NCBI GenBank assembly: GCA_965649225.1
Contig: CBFGJX010000021.1
Span: 1 to 46,368, forward strand
DNA: 46,368 nt
Direction of reading: 5' to 3'
DNA from: a candidate division WOR-3 bacterium
GTDB taxonomy: Bacteria; Hydrothermota; Tepidihabitantia; Tepidihabitantales; Tepidihabitantaceae
Numbering within the stretch: the first letter of the stretch is position 1; every line of letters starts with the position of its first letter. The notes under the pieces were generated by a model. The model had not been told where the DNA came from. It saw nothing but the letters and a program-made list of their open reading frames with translations, and did no database searches. A program made the position numbers and the translations under genes. Positions 1-8,835 of the stretch are shown here, piece after piece.

Positions 1-1341
1 CACTGTCTTTGCCACCGCCGAATGATTCTGCCGGCAGAAATAGACACCCGGCGCCAGTGCCGTAACGCCGTTTTTTGCCGCCAGACCCGTCACCCGCCGG
101 CCGCAGACATCAAACAGTGCCATCGAGCCGGCGCCGGCCGGCAGGTTGACTGCGTTCCGGACGACCGTGGCCGGTCGGGCTGCCAGCGCTGGCGCTGTTC
201 TCGGTTCGCTCTGCGTCGAGCCGCTGCCGGTGCGCACGAGCCAGATGTCAAACCGGCCCGCGCTCTGCCAGTCGGTCCGGCCACAGAGGATGCAGCCGCC
301 GGTAGATACCTCCTGGGCCGAGTAGCAGTAGTCGTAGCCCGAGTCGGTGCCGTAGCTTGCAGTCCAGAGCGTGTCGCCGGCGGAATTGAATCGCACCAGC
401 CAGATATTGATGTCGTTCGGATTGGGATAGTGCCAGCCGCCGCAGACAAAGCCGCCGTCGGCAGTCGCGGCAACCGACAGGAGTTTCTCGTCCAGTTCAT
501 AGGTGCCGATTTTCCGTGTCCAGAGCGTGTCGCCGCTGGCCCGGGTGCGGACGATGTAGCCGTCGCTGTACAGGCCGCGGGCGACATAGCCGGCGAAGAC
601 GAAGCCGCTGTCCGGCGTCTGCAGCAGCGAGGTGGCCGAAGAAACCCCGGAGCCGAAGCCGCGGGTCCAGAGCGTGTCGCCATTCCCGTTCAGCCGCAGC
701 AGCCAGATGCCGCTGCTCATGATTCCAACTACGGCGTAGCCACCGTCGGCGGTGTTGATGACCGCCTCGCCTTTTTCGTGGAACTCCGGCCGGCCGTAGA
801 TTTTCTCCCAGTCAACGTGGCCGGCTGGATCGGTCTTGAGCAAATAGAGGTCATAGTCTGAGCCATCATAGCGATAACCGGTGGCAATGAAGCCGCGGTC
901 CGGGGTCTCGACTGCTTCGAACAGGTAGTCGGCAGCTGTCATCCCACCGTAGTGCCGGCTCCACAGCTCGTTGCCGGCCGGGTCCAGCCGCCAGAACACG
1001 GCATCATAGGAATAGGCATTGGTGTAGCCGACGACAATGTAGCCGGAGTCGCGGGTCTGGCGTACGCAGTAACTTTGGAATACGGTGCCGGGACTGAAGT
1101 TCAGGACGCGGTTCCAGAGCTCGACGCCGCGGCGGTCAGTTCTTACGACATAGCCGCGCATGCTCATTGGCGGGAAGGAATTCGTCCAGCCGGCCAGCAC
1201 AAAACCGCTGTCACAGCACTCTTCGACCCACCAGCCCCACTCATCCTGCTCACCGCCGAACCGCCGGGTCCACAGCGTATCGGGCGGCACTGCCAGTGCC
1301 ACGGCCGAAAACACTACCAGCAGCAAACCCCGTCTTGACAT
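1..1341 (-). CDS. Secreted beta-propeller repeat protein with T9SS-like C-terminal domain (3' end just outside window)
   Basis: Not in ORF track (no stop in window). Manual translation from ATG at 1341: MSRRGLLLVVFSAVALAVPPDTLWTRRFGGEQDEWG..., repeated 'GDTLWTR/DGGF-G' blades, then C-terminal 'LFDVCGRRVTGL...LAPGVYF'. GAGG lies upstream of the ATG. Confidence 0.85.
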   Translation of the reverse strand, partial: MSRRGLLLVVFSAVALAVPPDTLWTRRFGGEQDEWGWWVEECCDSGFVLAGWTNSFPPMSMRGYVVRTDRRGVELWNRVLNFSPGTVFQSYCVRQTRDSGYIVVGYTNAYSYDAVFWRLDPAGNELWSRHYGGMTAADYLFEAVETPDRGFIATGYRYDGSDYDLYLLKTDPAGHVDWEKIYGRPEFHEKGEAVINTADGGYAVVGIMSSGIWLLRLNGNGDTLWTRGFGSGVSSATSLLQTPDSGFVFAGYVARGLYSDGYIVRTRASGDTLWTRKIGTYELDEKLLSVAATADGGFVCGGWHYPNPNDINIWLVRFNSAGDTLWTASYGTDSGYDYCYSAQEVSTGGCILCGRTDWQSAGRFDIWLVRTGSGSTQSEPRTAPALAARPATVVRNAVNLPAGAGSMALFDVCGRRVTGLAAKNGVTALAPGVYFCRQNHSAVAKTV

Positions 1342-1500
1342 GGCCAACCTCCCGGGGCCGGCCGTTCTGGGGCCTGACTGCTGTGATTGACGACCCGTTA
1401 CTGAACCACCCGGCCGAACCTGCAGCAGCCGGTCGCGACGGCCAGGCTTTTCCCCTTTGGAGAATGGTAACCGCTTCCGGCTGACCGTCAAGCGGCCGGG

Positions 1501-2895
1501 CTAGCCGGCCAGTGTCAGGTTGCTGAAACGGACCGCGCGCGGACCGTAATAGGAGTTGAGTACCTGGGTTTCCCGGGAATAGCGCGCATCGCCAATCGCA
1601 CTGAACCAGTTGCCCACCAGCAGGCCGCCGCGAAACGGCTGCGCCTCTCCGTTGCGGCGGAGCTCGCCCAGCCTGACCTCGCAGGCGAAATCACCACTGG
1701 TCGGTTCGACCGACCAGTCGGAGAAGGCCCGGACTACCACACACTCGCCGGCGAGCAGCTCATCCAGTGCGGTCTGACCGGCTGGAATTACCGTGTTGCC
1801 GACCGACCCGGTCGGTCTGATGCCTTTTTCCAGCAGGCCAAGATAAGCGTAATGCCGCCGCTCGCCGAGCAGCTCTGCCCAGCGACCCTGCCGCACCAGA
1901 ACTGCCCGCCGGCAGGCGCTGGCATCGACCGGCGTGAACGGCGTGCTGGCCAGCCCCAGCGGCAGCGTCGGGTCCGACTCCACTTCCAGCGGTTCACCCG
2001 CCGGTGCGGCGTCGCCGGTAAGCCACTGGTCCGGCCGGTGCCGCGAGGCATTCTCGAAGACGGTCTGTGCCCGGCTGTGAAAAGAAAGCGGTGTCCGGCC
2101 GATTGTCAGCGCGTCATGACAGGCTTCGCCCAGCAACACCACCGGACCCTGCCACGAGACCGGCCCGCGGGCATGGGCGATAGCGCGGGCCGCGCCGGCA
2201 CCTTCTTCCACCAGTGCGACCGGGTCGAAATCGCGCAGCCGGCGCGCCGCACGACGCAGGGTGTGTTCGGCCGACGGCCGGTCCGGCGGCCGGGCAACGA
2301 AACACAGTTCAAGGTCAATCCGGGTGGCCGGCACCTCCAGCTCAACCCCGGCGGCGGTGAGCAGCCGGGTGACGCCGCGCCGGACAAAAAGCTCGATGTT
2401 GGAGACCACGACATCGTCGTAACGGGCGGCAACGGCAATCACCTCGTCGCCGAATCGCTGTACCCGTTCGGTGAGACCGGTATGGTCCAGCTCGACCAGA
2501 CTGTCGTCGGCAATCGCCACCGCCGGGTAGGGTTCATCGCAGCCCGGCAGTGGAAACGGCAGGTTGTGCTGAGTGCCTGCCGCGGCGGCCAGCGTCGTCA
2601 ACAGCTTACGCACCGCGCTTTCGCTGTCGGACTGCAGTTGCCCGACCGCATCGCCCAGCCACTCGCCGCCGTCGGCCGAGAAGCGATGAAACAGCCGCAG
2701 GGTAACGGTCTCGGCCGGAGCGAATATCACCTCCCGCGGCCCCGGGCTCGGCTCGTGCACCACTGTTCCGTTGCGCACGGAGAAAATCCACGGCATCCGG
2801 ATGACCGTCGTGGTCTCGGCCGTATCGGCAACCAGCAGCCACCAGTCGGCGCCGCCGGATTGCATCAGCAGGTCGCGCACCCGTTGCAGGTTCAT
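1501..2895 (-). CDS. PmbA/TldE-like non-catalytic subunit of the TldD/E metalloprotease
   Basis: Directly downstream of TldD. C-terminal 'TSGDFACEVRLG...PFRGGLLVGN...GPRAVRFSNLTLAG' matches the TldD/PmbA C-terminal fold, and it lacks HExxH. AGGAGG RBS. Confidence 0.8.
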   Translation of the reverse strand: MNLQRVRDLLMQSGGADWWLLVADTAETTTVIRMPWIFSVRNGTVVHEPSPGPREVIFAPAETVTLRLFHRFSADGGEWLGDAVGQLQSDSESAVRKLLTTLAAAAGTQHNLPFPLPGCDEPYPAVAIADDSLVELDHTGLTERVQRFGDEVIAVAARYDDVVVSNIELFVRRGVTRLLTAAGVELEVPATRIDLELCFVARPPDRPSAEHTLRRAARRLRDFDPVALVEEGAGAARAIAHARGPVSWQGPVVLLGEACHDALTIGRTPLSFHSRAQTVFENASRHRPDQWLTGDAAPAGEPLEVESDPTLPLGLASTPFTPVDASACRRAVLVRQGRWAELLGERRHYAYLGLLEKGIRPTGSVGNTVIPAGQTALDELLAGECVVVRAFSDWSVEPTSGDFACEVRLGELRRNGEAQPFRGGLLVGNWFSAIGDARYSRETQVLNSYYGPRAVRFSNLTLAG

Positions 2896-2904
2896 CGCCG
2901 CCTC

Positions 2905-4326
2905 CTAACCCAGCCGCAGCCGGCAGCGGATAAAGGGACCGCCGGTGGCAACCCGGACAATTTCCTTGTGTCCCTTGCCGCAGTGACCGGCCGAATGGAG
3001 GTCAAGCTCACAGCCGACCGCATCGACGCTGGACAGCACATCCGGCACATAGCCGGTCGCGCCAACCTGATAGAACAGCCGGCCGGTGAGCCGGCCCGAC
3101 TTTATCTCCCGGCCGCGAACAAACTGCAGCTGAACACCCCAGCCGAGCGGGTCTTCCATTCCGCTGGTCAGTCGTTCGAGCAATACTCCGTCATCGGTTG
3201 ACTCGATTATCTCGGCCCGGGTCCGACCGCCCTGCTCGCGCGGCCGCGGCTCGAAAAAGGTGTTGGTCATCCGGGCGTAGATTGGATGACTCCAGGACTC
3301 CAGCCGGCCCGACGCCGACTGCCGCAATCCGGGCAGCCGGTCTTTCATCATCAGATAGGAATAGCGGTCGCACATCATCGTCGGCTGCAGGATTCCCGCC
3401 CGCACCAGCGCCACCGGCTCGTCGGCCAGCACCCCGTCGTCAGAAAAGAACAGCGTACCGTTGGCACCGGGCCGGCCGGGATGGTCGGTGATATCGACCA
3501 GTTCCGACCCGACCCGCCGGCCGATATATTCCAGTGCCCGGGCCGCACCACGCATCATCGTATCCAGTTCGCAGCCATGACCGAACGACTCGTGAGCGAG
3601 CGTTCCGGTGCAGTCCGGGTCGAGCACGCAGGTGTACTCGCCCGGGCTGATGCGCTCGGCGGCAAGCTGCTCGACCGAAATCCGCGCCACCGACTCCGCC
3701 CACGCCTCATCGGCGCGGCCGAGTGCTTCCCAGCCGACGCCGGTCAGATAATCGTAGTTGGAAACCTGCCGGGAACCGTCGGCACAGACCACCAGCAGAA
3801 ACAGCTGTGTCCGGACAATCTCCGACGACAGCAGCCGCGGCCCGTTGCAGAACAGCCGGTATTCCCGTCGGTCCGAGACAACCGTCTGAACGCTGACAAT
3901 CCGCCGGTCCAGCCGGCTGGCCGCAGCGTGAATCCGGCCGCAGAGTTCTTTCTTTTCCGCCAGGCCGATTCCGGCCGGATCAACCGAACCGGTGTCGGCA
4001 AAGTGGCGGTCAAGCGGCGCACCCGGCTCCGGCACCGGGCCGGGCCGCACGCGCACCGAGCCTGCCAGCTCCCGGGCCAGCCGCACCAGGCCGTCGCGGT
4101 CTTCCAGCCGGTTGGTGGCAGCACTGACGAAACTCGCTCCATCCCAGACCGTCAACCGGATGCCGGGGTCGGGCGCAATCGGGTTGATCCGCTCGGCACT
4201 GGGTGTCTTTGCCACTACAGTGCCGCCGGACTGGGTTACCAGTGCCGCCGCATAAGGCACGCTCCGGCGCAGTTCGGCGACCAGCCCGGGCAGGACTTTC
4301 CGCAGGTTTTCCAGTTCCGGCGTCAC
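2905..4326 (-). CDS. tldD: TldD family metalloprotease
   Basis: HESFGHGCE zinc motif, RMTNTF, C-terminal CGKGH...TGGP. Confidence 0.9.
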   Translation of the reverse strand: MTPELENLRKVLPGLVAELRRSVPYAAALVTQSGGTVVAKTPSAERINPIAPDPGIRLTVWDGASFVSAATNRLEDRDGLVRLARELAGSVRVRPGPVPEPGAPLDRHFADTGSVDPAGIGLAEKKELCGRIHAAASRLDRRIVSVQTVVSDRREYRLFCNGPRLLSSEIVRTQLFLLVVCADGSRQVSNYDYLTGVGWEALGRADEAWAESVARISVEQLAAERISPGEYTCVLDPDCTGTLAHESFGHGCELDTMMRGAARALEYIGRRVGSELVDITDHPGRPGANGTLFFSDDGVLADEPVALVRAGILQPTMMCDRYSYLMMKDRLPGLRQSASGRLESWSHPIYARMTNTFFEPRPREQGGRTRAEIIESTDDGVLLERLTSGMEDPLGWGVQLQFVRGREIKSGRLTGRLFYQVGATGYVPDVLSSVDAVGCELDLHSAGHCGKGHKEIVRVATGGPFIRCRLRLG

Positions 4327-5438
4327 GGCTGACCTCCAAGATGACCCCGTGCCTCGTATTCACTGAAAAGCCGGCCCCAGGGCGTTTCCCGCTTCCAGCG
4401 GGCATAGACATGTTTTTCCTTTAACGGCCAGTGAATGAAGTCATGGTTGGCCTCGCTGACAAATATCGGAATGTTCACCAGCCAGGTGCGGAAAATGAAC
4501 TTCTGCAGAAAGCGCGTCGGGCCGTACCACGACAGCCAGCCGAGAAACTTGTGAAAACTGCGCCCGACTTCAAAACCCCAGTTCTCACCCGAGACGTCAT
4601 CGCCGACCAGCTCAATCTCGCGCGGGTCGCCGACCCCCAGCCCGGCCTCGTGCGCCAGCCGGATATAGCCGATGGCCAGCGGGTCAAATCCCATCAGTTT
4701 GGCCGCAATGGCATCAATCGCCACCTGGTCGCCGGCGGCAAGAATGACATTCTTGACCACCGGCGTCATCGTCCGCGGCCCGGGCCCGTTGCCGGCGGTG
4801 GTGCCGTCCATCACTGCGAAGATGCCGGGATGAATCTCTTTCTGGATGGCGAGCAGGTCGACCAGCGTTTCGTGAATCCAGGTATGGGTGTAGTGGCGGT
4901 GGGTCGAGAGCAGGCCGCCGAAAGCGTTCTTCATCGCGCCGGTCGTGGTGGTGTAGATGTGGCATTTGACCGTCGGCAGGTGGACGATGTTCTTGCCGAT
5001 GAAGTAGTCGGGTATCCGGATGCCTTCCGGGTAAATCCGGTCGAGCACCAGCATCTTCGCCTTCGGCACAAACGGCACCCACTTCATGTCTTCGGCCTTG
5101 AAGTTGTACAGCACCGGCAGCCGGTAATGCTGGAAAATCGGCACATAACGATTGAGGTCCTCGCCCTTGTGGGTATCGATGACCACGGTCTTGTTCTGGA
5201 CGCAGGAGAGGTCGGTGTAGCCGAGGTCCCGCAGACCCAGAATCGTCCCTTCGAGCTGCCAGGGCGTCGTGTTGGCCGAGGGCATCGGATAATGCCAGGA
5301 AATGTTGTCCTTGAGAATCGTCGTCACGCCGGGCTTGAGAAACTGGTCGGCGCCGGCCAGCCGCAGCAGCCGGCGGTAGTCGTCCAGCACCGTCTCCGGC
5401 CGCGTAAAGAGAACCGCAACCTTTGCGCGCGTTGCCAT
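4323..5438 (-). CDS. DUF362 domain (Fe-S cluster-binding-like) protein
   Basis: Motifs 'LKDNISW', 'HLPTVKCH..TTTGAMKNAFG', 'DGTTAGNGPGP', 'DQVAIDA..AKLMGFDP'. Stop overlaps the tldD start (GTGA). Confidence 0.8.
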   Translation of the reverse strand: MATRAKVAVLFTRPETVLDDYRRLLRLAGADQFLKPGVTTILKDNISWHYPMPSANTTPWQLEGTILGLRDLGYTDLSCVQNKTVVIDTHKGEDLNRYVPIFQHYRLPVLYNFKAEDMKWVPFVPKAKMLVLDRIYPEGIRIPDYFIGKNIVHLPTVKCHIYTTTTGAMKNAFGGLLSTHRHYTHTWIHETLVDLLAIQKEIHPGIFAVMDGTTAGNGPGPRTMTPVVKNVILAAGDQVAIDAIAAKLMGFDPLAIGYIRLAHEAGLGVGDPREIELVGDDVSGENWGFEVGRSFHKFLGWLSWYGPTRFLQKFIFRTWLVNIPIFVSEANHDFIHWPLKEKHVYARWKRETPWGRLFSEYEARGHLGGQP

Positions 5439-5480
5439 AGCCTTTAATTATAGCCGGGCGAGAACGCCGGGCAACCCTGC

Positions 5481-6929
5481 TCAGGCTGCCGGCAGCGTGA
5501 AGCCGAAAGTGCTGCCCGCGCCCGGCCTCGACTCCAGCCAGACCTCGCCGCCAAGCTTTTCGATAATCCGGCGGACAATCGAAAGCCCGAGTCCCTGACC
5601 GGTCGCCCGCACCTGGTGCAGCCGGATGAACGGCGCAAACAACCGGCTCTGCTGTTCTGGCGGCACGCCCGGACCGTTGTCTTGCACCCAGAACCGCACG
5701 CGGTCGCCGGTCTTTTCCGCCCCCGCCTGGATCACCGGCGGTGTACCGCCGTACTTGATGGCATTGGACAGGTAATTGGCCCAGACCTCTTCCAGCCACG
5801 GCCCGTAACCCAGCGCCGGCGGCATCGTTTCATCGCGCCGGAATACCGCTCCCCGTTCGGCCGCCAGATAGCTCAGCCGCGACCATGCCTCGTCAATCAC
5901 CGGCTCCATCCGCACCGGCTCGACCATCACGTCGGCCTTGCGCACACCGGCGAGCAGCAGCAGTTCCTCGATGATGTTGCGCATCTTCAGTGTGCTCCGG
6001 TGCGCCGCCTCCAGAAGCTGCGTCACCTCTTCCGGCTTCATCGTTTGCCAGCTCTGTGCCAGCAGCTCGGTAAAGCCAGTCGTCGCGCTCAACGGGTTTT
6101 TCAGGTCATGGGCAACGGTATGCGCAAATGCATCGAGCTCGGCTATCAACCGTTCCCGCTCGGCCGCCAGTTCCTTCTGCGCGGTGATGTCCTCTTTCAC
6201 CGCTACAAAGTGCGTAATGCGGCCGTCGCGGTCACGCAGCGGCGAAATCGACGCATTCTCCCAGAAGAGCGTGCCGTCCCGGCGGCGGTTGTGGAACTCA
6301 CCGTGCCATTCCTTCCCCGCCAGAATCGTCTGCCACATCCGGGCATAGAACTGGGGCGGCTGGCGGCCGGATTTGAGGATACGCGGGTTCTGGCCGACCA
6401 CTTCGTCGGCCCGGTAACCGGTCAGCTCACAGAACTTCGGATTCACATACTCGATCGTGCCGCTGGTATCGGTGATCATCACCGTCGCCGGACTCTGTTC
6501 GACCGCGGCCGACAGTTTGCGCACCTGTTCCTCGGCACGCCAGCGGCGCAGGGCGTTGTCAACCGTCACCGGCAGTATCCGCAGGTAGTTCCGTTCGTGG
6601 TCCTTGATCAGGTAGTCCGCCGCACCGGTACGCAGCGCCTGGGCGGCAACCCGCTCGTCGCCGGCGCCGGTGATGAAGAGTATCGGCATGCCGCGGGCCC
6701 CCTGCGCCACCTCGAAGCCGGTGCCATCACCCAGCGAATAATCGGTGATCAGAATGTCGAAACTGTCTTCGGCCAGCGCCGCCCGGCCAGCCGCCGCCGA
6801 CCCCTCGATGCGGACATCCCACGCCAGATTCTCTTCGCGGACGAACCGCCGCAACGCCAGCTGGTCAACCGGGTTGTCCTCAACGTAGAGTATCCTCAAC
6901 CGTGCCGTTTCGACTGCCTGCTCACTCAT
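5481..6929 (-). CDS. Hybrid sensor kinase (receiver-PAS/PAC-HisKA-HATPase)
   Basis: RILYVEDN receiver; PAS 'IEYVNPKF..TGY..EVVGQNPRILKSG'; H-box AHDLKNPL; N box NAIKYG; G boxes DNGPG and GQGLGL. Start set at ATG 6929 after GGAGG, overlapping the upstream stop. Confidence 0.9.
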   Translation of the reverse strand: MSEQAVETARLRILYVEDNPVDQLALRRFVREENLAWDVRIEGSAAAGRAALAEDSFDILITDYSLGDGTGFEVAQGARGMPILFITGAGDERVAAQALRTGAADYLIKDHERNYLRILPVTVDNALRRWRAEEQVRKLSAAVEQSPATVMITDTSGTIEYVNPKFCELTGYRADEVVGQNPRILKSGRQPPQFYARMWQTILAGKEWHGEFHNRRRDGTLFWENASISPLRDRDGRITHFVAVKEDITAQKELAAERERLIAELDAFAHTVAHDLKNPLSATTGFTELLAQSWQTMKPEEVTQLLEAAHRSTLKMRNIIEELLLLAGVRKADVMVEPVRMEPVIDEAWSRLSYLAAERGAVFRRDETMPPALGYGPWLEEVWANYLSNAIKYGGTPPVIQAGAEKTGDRVRFWVQDNGPGVPPEQQSRLFAPFIRLHQVRATGQGLGLSIVRRIIEKLGGEVWLESRPGAGSTFGFTLPAA

Positions 6930-8727
6930 CACTGCCGCCTCCCTGCGGTCGCTTTTCAGGGCCGGCCGCCGCTTCCGGCAACTGCTTGGGCCAGGTAAAG
7001 TAAAACGTTGCGCCGGCCCCCGGGGTTGACTCCACCCACACCCGGCCGCCAAACATCGTCACCACCCGTTTGACAACCGCCAGCCCGATGCCGGTGCTGT
7101 CCACCGCCTCGCGGGGCTGACCGGTCTGGAACAGTCCGAATATCCGTTCCTGATCCTCAGGCTTGATGCCTGGGCCGTTGTCACGCACCCAGAACCGCCA
7201 GTATTCCCCGGCGTCATCGAAGCCGACCTCGACCCGGCCGGCCGGTTTGTCAATGTACTTGATCGCATTGGAAAGCAGGTTGGCAAATACCTGCTCGATT
7301 CGGGTCCGCTCGGCGGTCACGACCGGCAGCCCCGGCATCACCGTAATCGTAATCTGCGGCGGTGGCGCCAGCATGGCAATCGTTTCCGGCACCAGCACCG
7401 ACAGGTCCACCGCGGTCCGGGCTTCGCGACTGCGGCCGGCCCGGGAGTACTCCAGAATTCCGTCAATCAGTCGCCGCATCCGCGCCACCTGCTCGCGCAT
7501 CAGCCGCAAATGTTCCGTCGCCTCCGGTCCCAGCCGGTCACCGAAGTCGGTCGCCAGCCACTGCGCCAGCGAATCAACGCCGCGCAGCGGTGCCTTGAGG
7601 TCATGCGATACAACCCAGGCAAACTGACTCAGTTCGCGATTGACCTCTTCCAGTTCCCGCGTCAGCTGCGCCTGACGTTCCTCGGCGCGCTTGCGTGCCG
7701 CCAGCGCATCCTTCAGGTCCTCGGAAGGGCTGATTGCATGGCGGTCCTTCGGTCCGGTCAGGTCGCGGTAAAGCCGGGCGTTGGAAACCGCCAGCCCGGC
7801 AACCCGGGCGGCAGTCAGCACCAGGTCAATGACATCGGCCCGCCGCTCCGGCTGGCCGATGCTGTCGCATTCCACCGCCCCGACGACCCGGCCACGGTGT
7901 TTCAGTGCCATCCGCAACCTGACTTCTCCGTCCCATTCCAACGTGTGCTCAAAACCGGCCAGCCGCGCCCGGGCCTCGTCTTCGTTGTAACTCCCCGGCG
8001 GCCGGGCGGCGAATATTCCCGGCTGGCCATCTTCGAGCCCGAGATAAACCATCCGGCGCGGGCCCATCAGCAGTGTCAGCAGGTCGAAGAACCGGCCGAT
8101 CGCCCGTTCCTCAATCAGCATGTCCGCCAGCTCGCCGATACATTCCACAGTCAGCGTCTTGTCGGTTACCTGCCGATAGGCATTGGCGAGCATGTCGCTC
8201 ATCCGGGCCAGCCGCAGTTTCGTCCGTCGTTCGGCGATTACTCCAGCGAGATGGCGCTCGGCACCGGCTTCGACCGGATTGAGGCTTCGCCCTCCCTCGA
8301 CAATGCTGCCGTCGCCGGCGGCGAGCACCAGCTTCTCCCGCCCGGCGACATTGCCGTCCGGCGCCCCGGCGACCACCGGCTCGAGACCAACGCTCCGCAG
8401 CAGTGCAACCACCTCGTTGCCCAGCACTGCTTCAGCGCAGGAATCATAGGCCCGCAGCCACCAGCCGGCATATTCTCCCGGTGGTTCGTGCCGATTGGCC
8501 GCCAGCGGCGCAAGACAGGGTCCGCCCAGCACCACCACGTTGCTGCCCCGCAGGTTCAGCCGCTGGCCCAGCTCGGCCCAGCGGACAAACTGCCGGTCAC
8601 AGACCGGCTCAAACTCCGCAAGTTGGACATCGCCAAGTCTGGCTGCCGCCGGCGCCAGTACCGGCAACAACTGCCGGCAGACAGCCAGTATGATTGCATC
8701 GCTTTTTGCGGCTGAAAGTTCGGTCAT
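6922..8727 (-). CDS. Sensor histidine kinase with Cys-containing N-terminal domain and GAF-like region
   Basis: H-box SHDLKAPL, NLLSNAIKY, DNGPG, STGIGLA. Start uncertain (ATG 8727 preferred over 8808). Confidence 0.85.
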   Translation of the reverse strand: MTELSAAKSDAIILAVCRQLLPVLAPAAARLGDVQLAEFEPVCDRQFVRWAELGQRLNLRGSNVVVLGGPCLAPLAANRHEPPGEYAGWWLRAYDSCAEAVLGNEVVALLRSVGLEPVVAGAPDGNVAGREKLVLAAGDGSIVEGGRSLNPVEAGAERHLAGVIAERRTKLRLARMSDMLANAYRQVTDKTLTVECIGELADMLIEERAIGRFFDLLTLLMGPRRMVYLGLEDGQPGIFAARPPGSYNEDEARARLAGFEHTLEWDGEVRLRMALKHRGRVVGAVECDSIGQPERRADVIDLVLTAARVAGLAVSNARLYRDLTGPKDRHAISPSEDLKDALAARKRAEERQAQLTRELEEVNRELSQFAWVVSHDLKAPLRGVDSLAQWLATDFGDRLGPEATEHLRLMREQVARMRRLIDGILEYSRAGRSREARTAVDLSVLVPETIAMLAPPPQITITVMPGLPVVTAERTRIEQVFANLLSNAIKYIDKPAGRVEVGFDDAGEYWRFWVRDNGPGIKPEDQERIFGLFQTGQPREAVDSTGIGLAVVKRVVTMFGGRVWVESTPGAGATFYFTWPKQLPEAAAGPEKRPQGGGSDE

Positions 8728-8835
8728 CGGCGTGTTATCCGGGCCGTTGCCCGTTCCGGCACAGTCAAACCGCCCTCCATTTCGGCACACCGTCCGATCA
8801 AATCGCAACCGGACGCGACCGGCTGCGGTCCGGCA

